Virus record (IMG/VR): IMGVR_UViG_3300037991_000794
Span: 1 to 31,531 of that record
Strand: one strand, 5' to 3'
Length of the DNA stretch: 31,531 bases
DNA from: a virus
Taxonomy: Duplodnaviria; Caudoviricetes
Shown here: in pieces, positions 23,727 to 31,531 of the stretch
How the letters are laid out: each line of letters opens with the position of its first letter
Position numbering within the stretch: the stretch's first letter is position 1
Program-made: the position numbers and the translations under genes
Notes under the pieces: model-generated
Seen by the model: the letters and a program-made list of their open reading frames with translations, nothing else
The model's database searches: none
Told to the model about the DNA's origin: nothing

Positions 23727-25486
23727 ATTTACTATTCGACATAGAGGCTAATGGCCTTGACCCGACACAAATATTCTGCATCGTTGCAATGGATGTAGAT
23801 ACTCAAGATGTTTATAGCTTTGGCTGTCCTGAAGTTGAGGAAGGTTATAAGCTTCTTCAATCAGCAGACAAACTTATAGGCCACAACATTATTGGCTATG
23901 ACATTCCTGCCGTAAAGAAAGTAGCTGGCATTGACTTGTCAGATAAAAAGATTGTAGATACTTTAGTATTATCACGTTTGTTCAAGCCTACTCGTGAGGG
24001 TGGGCATGGCCTAGAGTCTTGGGGCTATCGACTTGGCTTCAAGAAAGGAGACTATGGTCAGAGCGAGGGTGCTTGGGATTCTTATAACCCTGAGATGCTA
24101 GAGTACTGCCGTAATGATGTGCTTCTTAATTTCAAAGTTTACAACGCTCTCAAGTTTGAATCTAAAGGCTTTACTGCTCAGTCAGTTCGACTAGAGCATG
24201 ACGTTGCTAAGATTATAAACGAGCAACGAGAGAATGGTTTTGTTGTAGACCAACAGTTAGCTATGACTCTTATCGCACAGTTCGAGGAGAAGCTTGCTGA
24301 GATTGTAGCAGAAGTACAGGAAGTATTTAAACCTAAAGTAACAGTTCAATTGTTATCTGCTCAGCTCACTAAGTCTGGCACACTGTCAAAACTGGCAAAA
24401 GATCAGGACGGTAAAGGAGTGAGACTTACTGACGCTGAGTGGTTTCAGTTATCGTTAGCGCCATCAGAACCTATTGAGCGTGAGACTGTAGTAGAGTTTA
24501 ATCTTGGATCTCGTAAACAAATTGGCGAGTACCTGATTGAGTTTGGCTGGAAACCTAAAAAGCATACAGCTACTGGTCAGCCAATAGTCGATGAGGGTAC
24601 ACTTAGTAAGATCAAAGATATACCAGAGGCACAGTTAATTGCTGAGTATCTTATGGTTCAGAAACGCCTAGCTCAAGTTAATAGCTGGATAAAAGAAATG
24701 ACAGACGAGGGCAGAGTACATGGGTATGTTAATCCTAACGGTGCTGTGACAGGTCGCATGACTCACTCTCATCCCAACATGGCACAGATACCTAGCTCTC
24801 ACTCACCCTACGGCAAAGAGTGTCGTAGTTGTTGGACTGTTCCAGACAAACATAAATTAGTAGGTATAGATGCAAGCGGTTTAGAATTACGGATGCTTGC
24901 ACATTACATGAATGATGAGGAGTATACAAATGAAATCCTTAACGGAGACATACACACCTTTAATCAAAAACTTGGTGGACTTGAATCAAGAAATCAGGCG
25001 AAGACTTTCATCTATGCACTCTTATACGGGGCTGGAGATGCAAAGCTTGGACAGGTGGTTGGTAGAGGTAGAGAGCATGGCAAAGGACTTAGAAAATCAT
25101 TCTTTGATAATCTACCATCATTTAAATCTCTTACGTCAAGCGTACAACGACAAGCAAAAGGAGGATATGTCAAAGGGCTTGACGGACGTAAGCTAACTGT
25201 AAGATCAGAACATGCCGCATTGAATACACTATTGCAGGGTGCAGGTGCTATAGTTATGAAGCAAGCTCTGGTGTTTCTTGCAGATGATCTTAAAAGAAAT
25301 AAACTACGAGCTAAGTTTGTAGCCAACGTACATGATGAGTGGCAGATAGAGTGTCACGAGGATGATGCCGATGCTGTAGGTAAAGCAGGTGTCAGAGCAA
25401 TCATGGAAGCTGGAGAATCTTTAGCATTAAAATGTCCTCTTGATGGCGAGTATCAGGTAGGATCTAACTGGTCGGAGACACACTAA
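23723..25486 (+). CDS. DNA polymerase family A (T7 gp5-like) with 3'-5' exonuclease
   Basis: FDIEANG, GHNIIGYD, DASGLELR, RNQAKTFIYALLYGAG, VHDEWQ. Confidence 0.96.
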   Translation: MNLLFDIEANGLDPTQIFCIVAMDVDTQDVYSFGCPEVEEGYKLLQSADKLIGHNIIGYDIPAVKKVAGIDLSDKKIVDTLVLSRLFKPTREGGHGLESWGYRLGFKKGDYGQSEGAWDSYNPEMLEYCRNDVLLNFKVYNALKFESKGFTAQSVRLEHDVAKIINEQRENGFVVDQQLAMTLIAQFEEKLAEIVAEVQEVFKPKVTVQLLSAQLTKSGTLSKLAKDQDGKGVRLTDAEWFQLSLAPSEPIERETVVEFNLGSRKQIGEYLIEFGWKPKKHTATGQPIVDEGTLSKIKDIPEAQLIAEYLMVQKRLAQVNSWIKEMTDEGRVHGYVNPNGAVTGRMTHSHPNMAQIPSSHSPYGKECRSCWTVPDKHKLVGIDASGLELRMLAHYMNDEEYTNEILNGDIHTFNQKLGGLESRNQAKTFIYALLYGAGDAKLGQVVGRGREHGKGLRKSFFDNLPSFKSLTSSVQRQAKGGYVKGLDGRKLTVRSEHAALNTLLQGAGAIVMKQALVFLADDLKRNKLRAKFVANVHDEWQIECHEDDADAVGKAGVRAIMEAGESLALKCPLDGEYQVGSNWSETH

Positions 25487-25911
25487 TGAAACAACAAGCA
25501 TTAGACATGATGTTACACGAACACTCCGACCTTGGTTGCGAGGACGGAAAGACTTGCAGTAAATGCAAAAAGTTTTTGCCGCTTGATGCTTTTAACTTTG
25601 CATCTGGCGGTAATTATCTCAGAGCTGAATGTCGTAGCTGTAATAATGAAATGCAAAAGGTGCGTAAAGCTTTACGAGAAGAACATGGTATGCCACCCGA
25701 AGGCTATCACTGTCCCATTTGTAACAAGAACGCAGAAGAAGTTAAAGGTACAGGCAATACAAGGAATGGATCTTGGGTACTTGATCATTGCCATGAGACA
25801 GGCAAGTTCAGAGGGTGGCTATGCCATAAATGTAATAGAGCATTAGGCGGCTTTGATGACGACACACAAACGCTTTGGCGAGCAATTAAATACTTAAAGG
25901 AGTTAAAGTAA
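25486..25911 (+). CDS. Endonuclease VII-like (His-Me finger) nuclease
   Basis: CPIC...LDHCHETGKFRGWLCHKCNRALG with N-terminal CxxC pairs. Confidence 0.88.
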   Translation: MKQQALDMMLHEHSDLGCEDGKTCSKCKKFLPLDAFNFASGGNYLRAECRSCNNEMQKVRKALREEHGMPPEGYHCPICNKNAEEVKGTGNTRNGSWVLDHCHETGKFRGWLCHKCNRALGGFDDDTQTLWRAIKYLKELK

Positions 25912-26768
25912 TGGCAGATTTATCGACAGTAGTTCCACATATCTACGAAGATCTTGAGGGGCTTTCTCGTGGAGATGCCCTTAATATTTCAGATGAGTTG
26001 CTCGATGAAGTAACTGACAACATTAAAAGTGCAATCAAGTCTTGGGCTAATCCAACACCAAGAGATACTAACTTTACAGTTAGAATGTCTAATGTCGGTA
26101 AGCCAGCACGACAGTTGTGGTTTGAAAAGAAAGATGAAAATCTTAACAGTCACATTGATGCACCAACACAGATTAAGTTTTTGTATGGGCATTTGCTAGA
26201 AGAAATACTTTTAATGCTAGTAAAAGCATCAGGTCACGAGGTCACAGACCAACAGAAAGAAGTCGAGGTCAACGGCATTGTTGGACACATGGACTGTAAG
26301 ATAGACGGTGAAGTGGTTGATGTCAAGACCGCATCTCGGTTTGCATTCAATAAGTTTAAAAATAACAAACTCGCAGAAGACGATCCTTTCGGCTATCTTG
26401 GACAGCTATCTGGATATGAGGCGGCTGAAGGTACAAGCAATGGTGGCTTCCTTGTTATCAACAAAGAGAGCGGTGAGCTTTGTATGCACCTACCTAATCA
26501 AGAGGATAAAGTAGATATACCATCTAAAATTAACAGTTTAATTCCTACATTAGATCTTGACACAATGCCAGAACTATGTTATAATCCTATACCTGACGGT
26601 GTAAAAGGTAACATGAAACTCCCCAAAACTTGTGCTTGGTGTAAATACAAGTACGAGTGTCACAAAGATTCTAATGATGGTCAAGGTCTACGAACTTTTA
26701 AATACTCTAGTGGCCTTACATATCTAACTAAAGTTGTATCAGAACCAAAGGTAGAAGAACTATTATGA
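25911..26768 (+). CDS. PD-(D/E)XK (Cas4-like) exonuclease
   Basis: GHMDCKIDGEVVDVKTAS, QLSGY, C-terminal CAWCKYKYEC. Confidence 0.82.
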   Translation: MADLSTVVPHIYEDLEGLSRGDALNISDELLDEVTDNIKSAIKSWANPTPRDTNFTVRMSNVGKPARQLWFEKKDENLNSHIDAPTQIKFLYGHLLEEILLMLVKASGHEVTDQQKEVEVNGIVGHMDCKIDGEVVDVKTASRFAFNKFKNNKLAEDDPFGYLGQLSGYEAAEGTSNGGFLVINKESGELCMHLPNQEDKVDIPSKINSLIPTLDLDTMPELCYNPIPDGVKGNMKLPKTCAWCKYKYECHKDSNDGQGLRTFKYSSGLTYLTKVVSEPKVEELL

Positions 26769-27037
26769 ATGGAAAAAAATCTAAAAGAATTAGAGCGCAC
26801 GTTTGCACATTAGCAATTGATTGGCTCAAGGGTTTGATGAACGAAGAAGAAGCAAAAAAAATAACAATAGATAATTATAAAAGCATGATGCCTAGTCAAA
26901 CCCATATTATATCTAAAGGAACTTTTAAACTTAGTGCTTTCACTGAAAGGTGGATGGCACAAAAAATTAAAAAGATATTAAAACAATCGCCCGAAAGAAC
27001 TATTGAATCAATTACATTTAGTGAATTAAATGTCTGA
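26765..27037 (+). CDS. Basic hypothetical protein
   Basis: 90 aa, MNGKKSKRIR start, ATGA coupling. Confidence 0.7.
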   Translation: MNGKKSKRIRAHVCTLAIDWLKGLMNEEEAKKITIDNYKSMMPSQTHIISKGTFKLSAFTERWMAQKIKKILKQSPERTIESITFSELNV

Positions 27038-27194
27038 CGAAGATATAAGTTTAGAAAGCTTAATGATAGCGGCAGGTGTTTGGCTACTTGAGCACAGGGA
27101 TAAAAGTGTAGGAGATATGGATGATGAGTTCATATGCTTACTTAGTCTAAGGCTACAAAAAGAATTAGCCGCACTTCACGGAGAACTTCATTGA
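27030..27194 (+). CDS. 54-aa hypothetical protein (not in ORF track)
   Basis: MSDEDISLESLMIAAGVWLLEH...HGELH; fills the gap and overlaps both neighbours. Confidence 0.6.
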   Translation: MSDEDISLESLMIAAGVWLLEHRDKSVGDMDDEFICLLSLRLQKELAALHGELH

Positions 27195-27676
27195 CAAAAT
27201 ATAACAGAATAAAGAGAGGCTTTAGAAAGCCCAGAGTAAAACGGCCAGTTGAAAAGGATGTCCCTAAAGGTTATGATTCTAATTGGGAGTGCGAGCTTCA
27301 TCAAGGCATCTTAGAAGATTGGTCTTTTCATACCGACACAGTTTCATATGTTGTCGAGCATAAGTACGAACCAGACTTTATCCGTGAGATTGACGGCAAG
27401 AAGATTTTGCTTGAAGCCAAAGGAAGATTCTGGGACTATGCAGAATACAGTAAGTACATTTGGATAGCTAAGGTTTTACCACCTGACACTGAGCTTGTGT
27501 TTCTTTTTGCAAATCCCAACGCACCAATGCCAGCCGCAAAACGGAGAAAGGATGGGACTAAAAGATCGCATGGCGAATGGGCTACAGCAAATGATTTTAA
27601 ATGGTTCAGTGAAGATTCTATTCCTGATTCTTGGATTAACCCACTAAAACGAGAGACTTTTGACGATGAAACTTAA
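27191..27676 (+). CDS. Endonuclease I-like Holliday junction resolvase (T7 gp3-like)
   Basis: YDSNWE, YEPDF, LEAKGRFW, ELVFLF, HGEWA. Confidence 0.85.
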   Translation: MTKYNRIKRGFRKPRVKRPVEKDVPKGYDSNWECELHQGILEDWSFHTDTVSYVVEHKYEPDFIREIDGKKILLEAKGRFWDYAEYSKYIWIAKVLPPDTELVFLFANPNAPMPAAKRRKDGTKRSHGEWATANDFKWFSEDSIPDSWINPLKRETFDDET

Positions 27677-27980
27677 ACCTTACGATGGAGATAATATGCC
27701 TAGTATAGACGATGCTAGTCCTGCTGATTGGGACAGGGCATCTAAAGCAATTAGAGATGCTGTTGACCACCCACCGCATTACAATGCTGGAGAAATAGAA
27801 ACTATTGACTACATTATAGATGTGCTTGGTAGACAAGGAGCTATTGATTACTGTCATGGCAACATTCTTAAATACACAGGCAGTAGACTATTTGAAAAAC
27901 ATAAGCCAGTTGAGGATGCTCGAAAGGCTATTTGGTATTTAAATAAACTCATAGAACTAAACGAGAAAGGTTATGGATAG
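27666..27980 (+). CDS. DUF3310 protein (T7 gp1.7-related)
   Basis: VDHPPHY...IETIDYI...GNILKY...EDARKAIWYL. Confidence 0.85.
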   Translation: MKLKPYDGDNMPSIDDASPADWDRASKAIRDAVDHPPHYNAGEIETIDYIIDVLGRQGAIDYCHGNILKYTGSRLFEKHKPVEDARKAIWYLNKLIELNEKGYG

Positions 27981-28116
27981 AAAAGACGAAAGACGGGATA
28001 GGTTTGATAGAAAGAAAAAATATAGTAAAGTTAAAACATCTAGCAAACTTAAAACTATTAGACGTAAAGAAAACAAAAACATTAAATCACAAATAGAGAA
28101 GGAAATATTAGAATGA
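27973..28116 (+). CDS. 47-aa basic protein (not in ORF track)
   Basis: MDRKDERRDRFDRKKKYSKVK...; coupled to the RNR start. Confidence 0.6.
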   Translation: MDRKDERRDRFDRKKKYSKVKTSSKLKTIRRKENKNIKSQIEKEILE

Positions 28117-30023
28117 TGGATAGTTATCAGGAATATATACACAAGTCACGGTACGCTCGTTGGCGTGAAGAAGACAACAGGCGAGAGACTTGGGAAGAAA
28201 CAGTACAAAGGTATGTAGATTTTTGGAAAGGGCGTGAGCAGATAGACGATAAAACAGCAGATATGTTGTACGATGCTATTTATAATCAAGAAGTTATGCC
28301 CTCTATGCGTTGTCTTATGACAGCAGGAGAAGCTTTAACTCGTGATAACATGGCTGGCTTTAACTGCTCATATATTGCAGTAGATCACATTAGAGTATTT
28401 GATGAGATACTTTATGTCTTAATGTGCGGAACAGGTGTAGGTTTCTCTGTCGAGCGTCAATCAGTAAACAAATTGCCAGAAGTGGCGGAGGAATTTCATG
28501 AAACAGATACTACAATCATTGTGCAAGACTCTAAGATCGGTTGGGCTAAAGCTTACCGTGAGTTGGTTAGCCTTTTGTATTCGGGTCAAATACCTACTTG
28601 GGATGTTAGCCGCCTCCGTAAAAAAGGTGACAGGCTACGAACTTTCGGAGGGCGAAGTAGTGGCCCTGATCCTTTGGTTAGCTTGTTTCATTTCACTGTT
28701 AATACTTTTAGGTCTGCTAGTGGCCGCAAGCTTACAAGTATAGAATGCCATGATATTGTATGTAAGATTGCAGAGATTGTTGTTGTCGGTGGTGTCCGTA
28801 GGTCTGCTCTTATTTCTCTTTCTAATCTTTCTGATGATCGGATGCGTCACGCTAAGTCTGGAAGCTGGTGGGAAAATGATGGGCAACGTGCGCTCGCTAA
28901 CAATAGTGCAGTCTATACGGAACGTCCTGACTTCGAAACATTCTTAGAAGAGTGGGTAAGTCTTTACAAATCTAAAGCTGGCGAGCGTGGCATATTCTCT
29001 AGGATAGCTTCGCAGAATCAAGCGGCTAAGAATGAAAGACGAGAAGTAGATCATGACTTTGGCACGAACCCTTGCTCTGAAATAATCTTGAGGTCAGCGC
29101 AAGTATGTAACTTGTCAGAGATAGTTGTTCGTAGTAATGATACCTTTGAAGACTTAAAGCGCAAAGCCAAAGTAGCTACAATTCTTGGCACACTGCAATC
29201 TTCTTTGACTGACTTTAGATATGTACGATCTATCTGGAAAAAGAACACAGCAGAAGAATGTTTGCTTGGAGTTTCTATGACAGGCATCATGGATCATCCT
29301 ATTCTTAGCGGCAAACAAAAAACTGGTACTTGGTTTGATCATCCTAACATGTCAGATCTTCCTCAAGTCTTAGAGAAACTAAAGAAGATATGCGTTGACA
29401 CAAATAAAGAGTGGGCAGGTAAACTTGGTATTAATCAATCAACAGCCATCACTTGTGTGAAACCATCAGGTACAGTCAGTCAGTTAGTGGACAGTGCATC
29501 AGGCATACACGCAAGGTTTTCTCCGCATTATATTAGACGAGTAAGATCAGACGGTAAAGATCCTATCTCAGCTTTCTTAATTGATGCAGGAGTACCTGCT
29601 GAAAAAGATGTAATGAATGATGAGAACTATGTATTCTCATTTCCTGTGAAAGCACCTAATGGAGCTACATGTGTTGAATCACTAGACGTTAAAACTCAAT
29701 TAGACTTATGGGATGTATATCAAAATCATTGGTGTGAGCACAAACCTAGTGTAACTATCTACTATTCTGATGATGAGTTTATGGCGGCTGGACAATGGGT
29801 GTGGGATAAATTAGATACTTGTTCAGGTATTAGCTTCTTGCCTCGTACAGATCATGTGTATCAACAAGCTCCTTACGAAGCAGTAGATAAAGAGACATAT
29901 ACTGAACTTAAAAAGTCAATGCCTAAATCTATTGATTGGAATCGACTTGGAGAGTTTGAAAAAGAAGATACTACAACAGGAACACAGGAGTTAGCTTGCG
30001 TAGCAGGGAGTTGTGAGATATGA
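28113..30023 (+). CDS. nrdJ: Class II (adenosylcobalamin-dependent) ribonucleotide reductase
   Basis: VMPSMR, FNCSY, GGVRRSA, TNPCSEI, TCVKPSGT, C-terminal ACVAGSCEI; no beta-subunit gene adjacent. Confidence 0.88.
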   Translation: MMDSYQEYIHKSRYARWREEDNRRETWEETVQRYVDFWKGREQIDDKTADMLYDAIYNQEVMPSMRCLMTAGEALTRDNMAGFNCSYIAVDHIRVFDEILYVLMCGTGVGFSVERQSVNKLPEVAEEFHETDTTIIVQDSKIGWAKAYRELVSLLYSGQIPTWDVSRLRKKGDRLRTFGGRSSGPDPLVSLFHFTVNTFRSASGRKLTSIECHDIVCKIAEIVVVGGVRRSALISLSNLSDDRMRHAKSGSWWENDGQRALANNSAVYTERPDFETFLEEWVSLYKSKAGERGIFSRIASQNQAAKNERREVDHDFGTNPCSEIILRSAQVCNLSEIVVRSNDTFEDLKRKAKVATILGTLQSSLTDFRYVRSIWKKNTAEECLLGVSMTGIMDHPILSGKQKTGTWFDHPNMSDLPQVLEKLKKICVDTNKEWAGKLGINQSTAITCVKPSGTVSQLVDSASGIHARFSPHYIRRVRSDGKDPISAFLIDAGVPAEKDVMNDENYVFSFPVKAPNGATCVESLDVKTQLDLWDVYQNHWCEHKPSVTIYYSDDEFMAAGQWVWDKLDTCSGISFLPRTDHVYQQAPYEAVDKETYTELKKSMPKSIDWNRLGEFEKEDTTTGTQELACVAGSCEI

Positions 30024-30175
30024 CAAAAACAAAGAAAAGAAAAATTAAAGCTTGGATTAAAGATAACAAAGATGTATTTGAAATGTTTACATGGTTCTGG
30101 GGAGCTAATACTTTATTAGCTTCTTTCCTTATTATCGTATATAAGTCTATGTTACACGGCTGTGTTATTGTATGA
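30020..30175 (+). CDS. 51-aa putative membrane protein (not in ORF track)
   Basis: MTKTKKRKIKAWIKDNKDVFEMFTWFWGANTLLASFLIIVYKSMLHGCVIV; ATGA coupling at both ends. Confidence 0.65.
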   Translation: MTKTKKRKIKAWIKDNKDVFEMFTWFWGANTLLASFLIIVYKSMLHGCVIV

Positions 30176-30393
30176 AAGAAGGAAACTTAATATCTTTTAA
30201 ACTATTAGTGGATAGAGGCGGAGTAGTAGTCACCGAAATAAGTGGAGTGCCTGATAAAGATTTAAATAAAATATTTAAAGGAGATGAGTTAATACTTGTA
30301 AGAACTTTGTTGAGGCTGTGTAATGAAAAGTTACAGCCTCTACATAGTTATTTAGAAGAAGAGCTTGATGCTCTTAATCATCCTACCACTTAA
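30172..30393 (+). CDS. Hypothetical protein, last gene of the + strand arm
   Basis: 73 aa; 3' end overlaps the convergent gene by 11 bp. Confidence 0.7.
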   Translation: MKEGNLISFKLLVDRGGVVVTEISGVPDKDLNKIFKGDELILVRTLLRLCNEKLQPLHSYLEEELDALNHPTT

Positions 30394-30670
30394 CTTTATG
30401 TGACCAGTAGCGAGCTGACATCTTACTAGGATTAGAATCCTGTGCATTATGACGGGCGTAGTAAGACTTCTTGCGAGCTTTATCCTTTGCAGTAGTTGGA
30501 TTTTTACCTGCACCTTTTACCCCTTGCTGTCCAAAACGAATAGTTTTTATTTGGTCGCCTTGTTTAGCTACAACAACGTGCGATTTAGTTGGATGACTAG
30601 GAGTCCTTTTAGGTTTATTAAATCCTGCTACTCCTGCTCTTGCTAAACGTGGATCTTTTTTCTTAGCCAT
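30383..30670 (-). CDS. Basic protein, DUF5754-like
   Basis: IRFGQQG...RKKSYYARH...SARYWS.KVKW. Confidence 0.7.
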   Translation of the reverse strand: MAKKKDPRLARAGVAGFNKPKRTPSHPTKSHVVVAKQGDQIKTIRFGQQGVKGAGKNPTTAKDKARKKSYYARHNAQDSNPSKMSARYWSHKVKW

Positions 30671-30672
30671 TA

Positions 30673-30927
30673 CTAACGATGCCTCCTAGTTTTTCTTGCA
30701 ATTGCTTTGGGTTGTTTGCTATGTTGCTTACCAGCTTTAGTATCTTTACGTTTCTTAGCTGACGTTGCGGCATACTCTTTAGAGCTTAGAGCCTGTCTAG
30801 CTTTTTTAGGTAAGTAACGCTCGCCTGTAGCCTTAGCGCCTTGAGTGCTTGGCTTACCAGACTTAGTTCCCCAATCTTGTTTAGTCCATTTCTTTAAAGA
30901 CTTTTGTGGTTTTTTTAAGTTAGCCAT
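30673..30927 (-). CDS. Basic protein, C-terminal half of a DUF5872-like family
   Basis: QKSLKKWTKQDW.T...GERYLPKKA. Confidence 0.7.
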   Translation of the reverse strand: MANLKKPQKSLKKWTKQDWGTKSGKPSTQGAKATGERYLPKKARQALSSKEYAATSAKKRKDTKAGKQHSKQPKAIARKTRRHR

Positions 30928-31073
30928 TATTTTGTATGTACCTTTTGAACTGCAAAGTTTGCTTTAAGTGTTGCTCCTTTGTGCGGAACAAACTTACCTT
31001 TATGCTTCATTAATTTGTAGCTACCATTCTTTTGTTTCATCCAATGATAACCTTTGGGTGCTTCTACTCTCAT
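30927..31073 (-). CDS. 48-aa basic protein (not in ORF track)
   Basis: MRVEAPKGYHWMKQKNGSYKLMKH...; RBS GGAGG, coupled at both ends. Confidence 0.7.
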   Translation of the reverse strand: MRVEAPKGYHWMKQKNGSYKLMKHKGKFVPHKGATLKANFAVQKVHTK

Positions 31074-31324
31074 GACTTATAACCTCCTCCTTTAGCTTTG
31101 TATTCTTTAGCAAGCATCTGGGCTTTTCGTGCAGACCATTGACCTGACTTGCCGCCTTTAGTTCCTGCTTTTATTTTATTAAATAAATTCTTACGCATAG
31201 TAGGCTTAGTATAATTACCAGCCTCATTTACTCTTGAGCCTGAACTCTTTTTAACTCTAGTAGTTGGTTTCTTTTTTGGCGGCCTTCCTACTTTAGAACC
31301 GTATGTACCTTTACCTTGTGGCAT
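31070..31324 (-). CDS. Basic protein, N-terminal half of a DUF5872-like family
   Basis: YTKPTMRK...KGGKSGQWSARKAQMLAKEYKAKGGGY. Confidence 0.7.
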   Translation of the reverse strand: MPQGKGTYGSKVGRPPKKKPTTRVKKSSGSRVNEAGNYTKPTMRKNLFNKIKAGTKGGKSGQWSARKAQMLAKEYKAKGGGYKS

Positions 31325-31333
31325 AGTTTTCTC

Positions 31334-31531
31334 CTATCTTTTTCCTGCTGGTGTAAAATAAAAACCTATTATAGCTCCCAAAGTGGTAATCGAAACGAGG
31401 GAGATGTGGCCTGTTGTGATTGACGTTGTAATTCCCTGATCGACTGGCATCTTATAGAGTCCCCACAAGATACTAATTTCTTGGGTTTGCTCTGGAGGAA
31501 TGAAGGTAATAAGCTCGACTGTTGGGTAGAT
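31334..31531 (-). CDS. 3' end of a membrane protein (holin-like), truncated by the window
   Basis: Open frame ...ISLVSITTLGAIIGFYFTPAGKR*. Confidence 0.55.
   Translation of the reverse strand: MYPTVELITFIPPEQTQEISILWGLYKMPVDQGITTSITTGHISLVSITTLGAIIGFYFTPAGKR

Noticed and set aside
25911-26768. Cas4 as evidence of a CRISPR-Cas system
   Set aside because: A solo PD-(D/E)XK exonuclease in a replication operon is common in phages, and no other cas genes are present
27191-27220. TTGACA at 27191 as a promoter
   Set aside because: No -10 hexamer at 16-18 bp spacing; it coincides with a TTG start / TGA stop overlap
17024-30646. Antisense or alternate-frame ORFs over early, replication and distal late genes (e.g. 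21042, 22799, 25012, 25532, 28498-29342, 30449)
   Set aside because: They overlap strongly supported genes and look like shadow ORFs; 21042-21326 is the antisense of the lipoprotein
1-31531. Alternative genetic code, introns or inteins
   Set aside because: Core genes (terL, portal, polA, primase-helicase, nrdJ) are uninterrupted and of normal length in the standard code

Overview
The window is part of a lytic, podovirus-type dsDNA phage genome with T7-like replication genes. Its architecture resembles marine cobavirus/Zobellviridae-like phages; this is a similarity, not a confirmed taxon. There is no phage RNA polymerase, integrase, tRNA or CRISPR in the window. Bases 1-14186 (- strand) are the morphogenesis arm: terS, a small DNA-binding protein, terL, portal, an ADP-ribosyltransferase-like fusion, scaffold, major capsid, two tail-tube proteins, a tail fibre and a glycosyltransferase. 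Bases 14187-14967 are non-coding and hold two back-to-back perfect sigma70 promoters, a C-rich tract, about 12 inverted repeats and T7-terminus-like short repeats, so this is probably the genome terminus or packaging region. Bases 14968-30393 (+ strand) are many small early genes followed by MazG-like NTP-PPase, SSB, primase-helicase, PolA, Endo VII, a Cas4-like exonuclease, Endo I, DUF3310 and a class II RNR. Bases 30383-31531 are the convergent far end of the late arm, with very basic small proteins. Highlights: (1) an ART-PolyVal-like domain fused to a head-module protein, plus a basic-R-M-x-Y-x-x-G-[GS] motif shared by several head-module proteins (possible capsid cargo system); (2) a four-copy GCYACC/GCCC RNA element at the scaffold start; (3) long hairpins with a covarying GA-NN-TAAA-NN-GA apex in front of early genes; (4) a repeated ATAGACTATG start cassette; (5) several unannotated small ORFs, including an acidic candidate DNA mimic and a lipoprotein. 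All family calls come from motif recognition by eye, not database searches.
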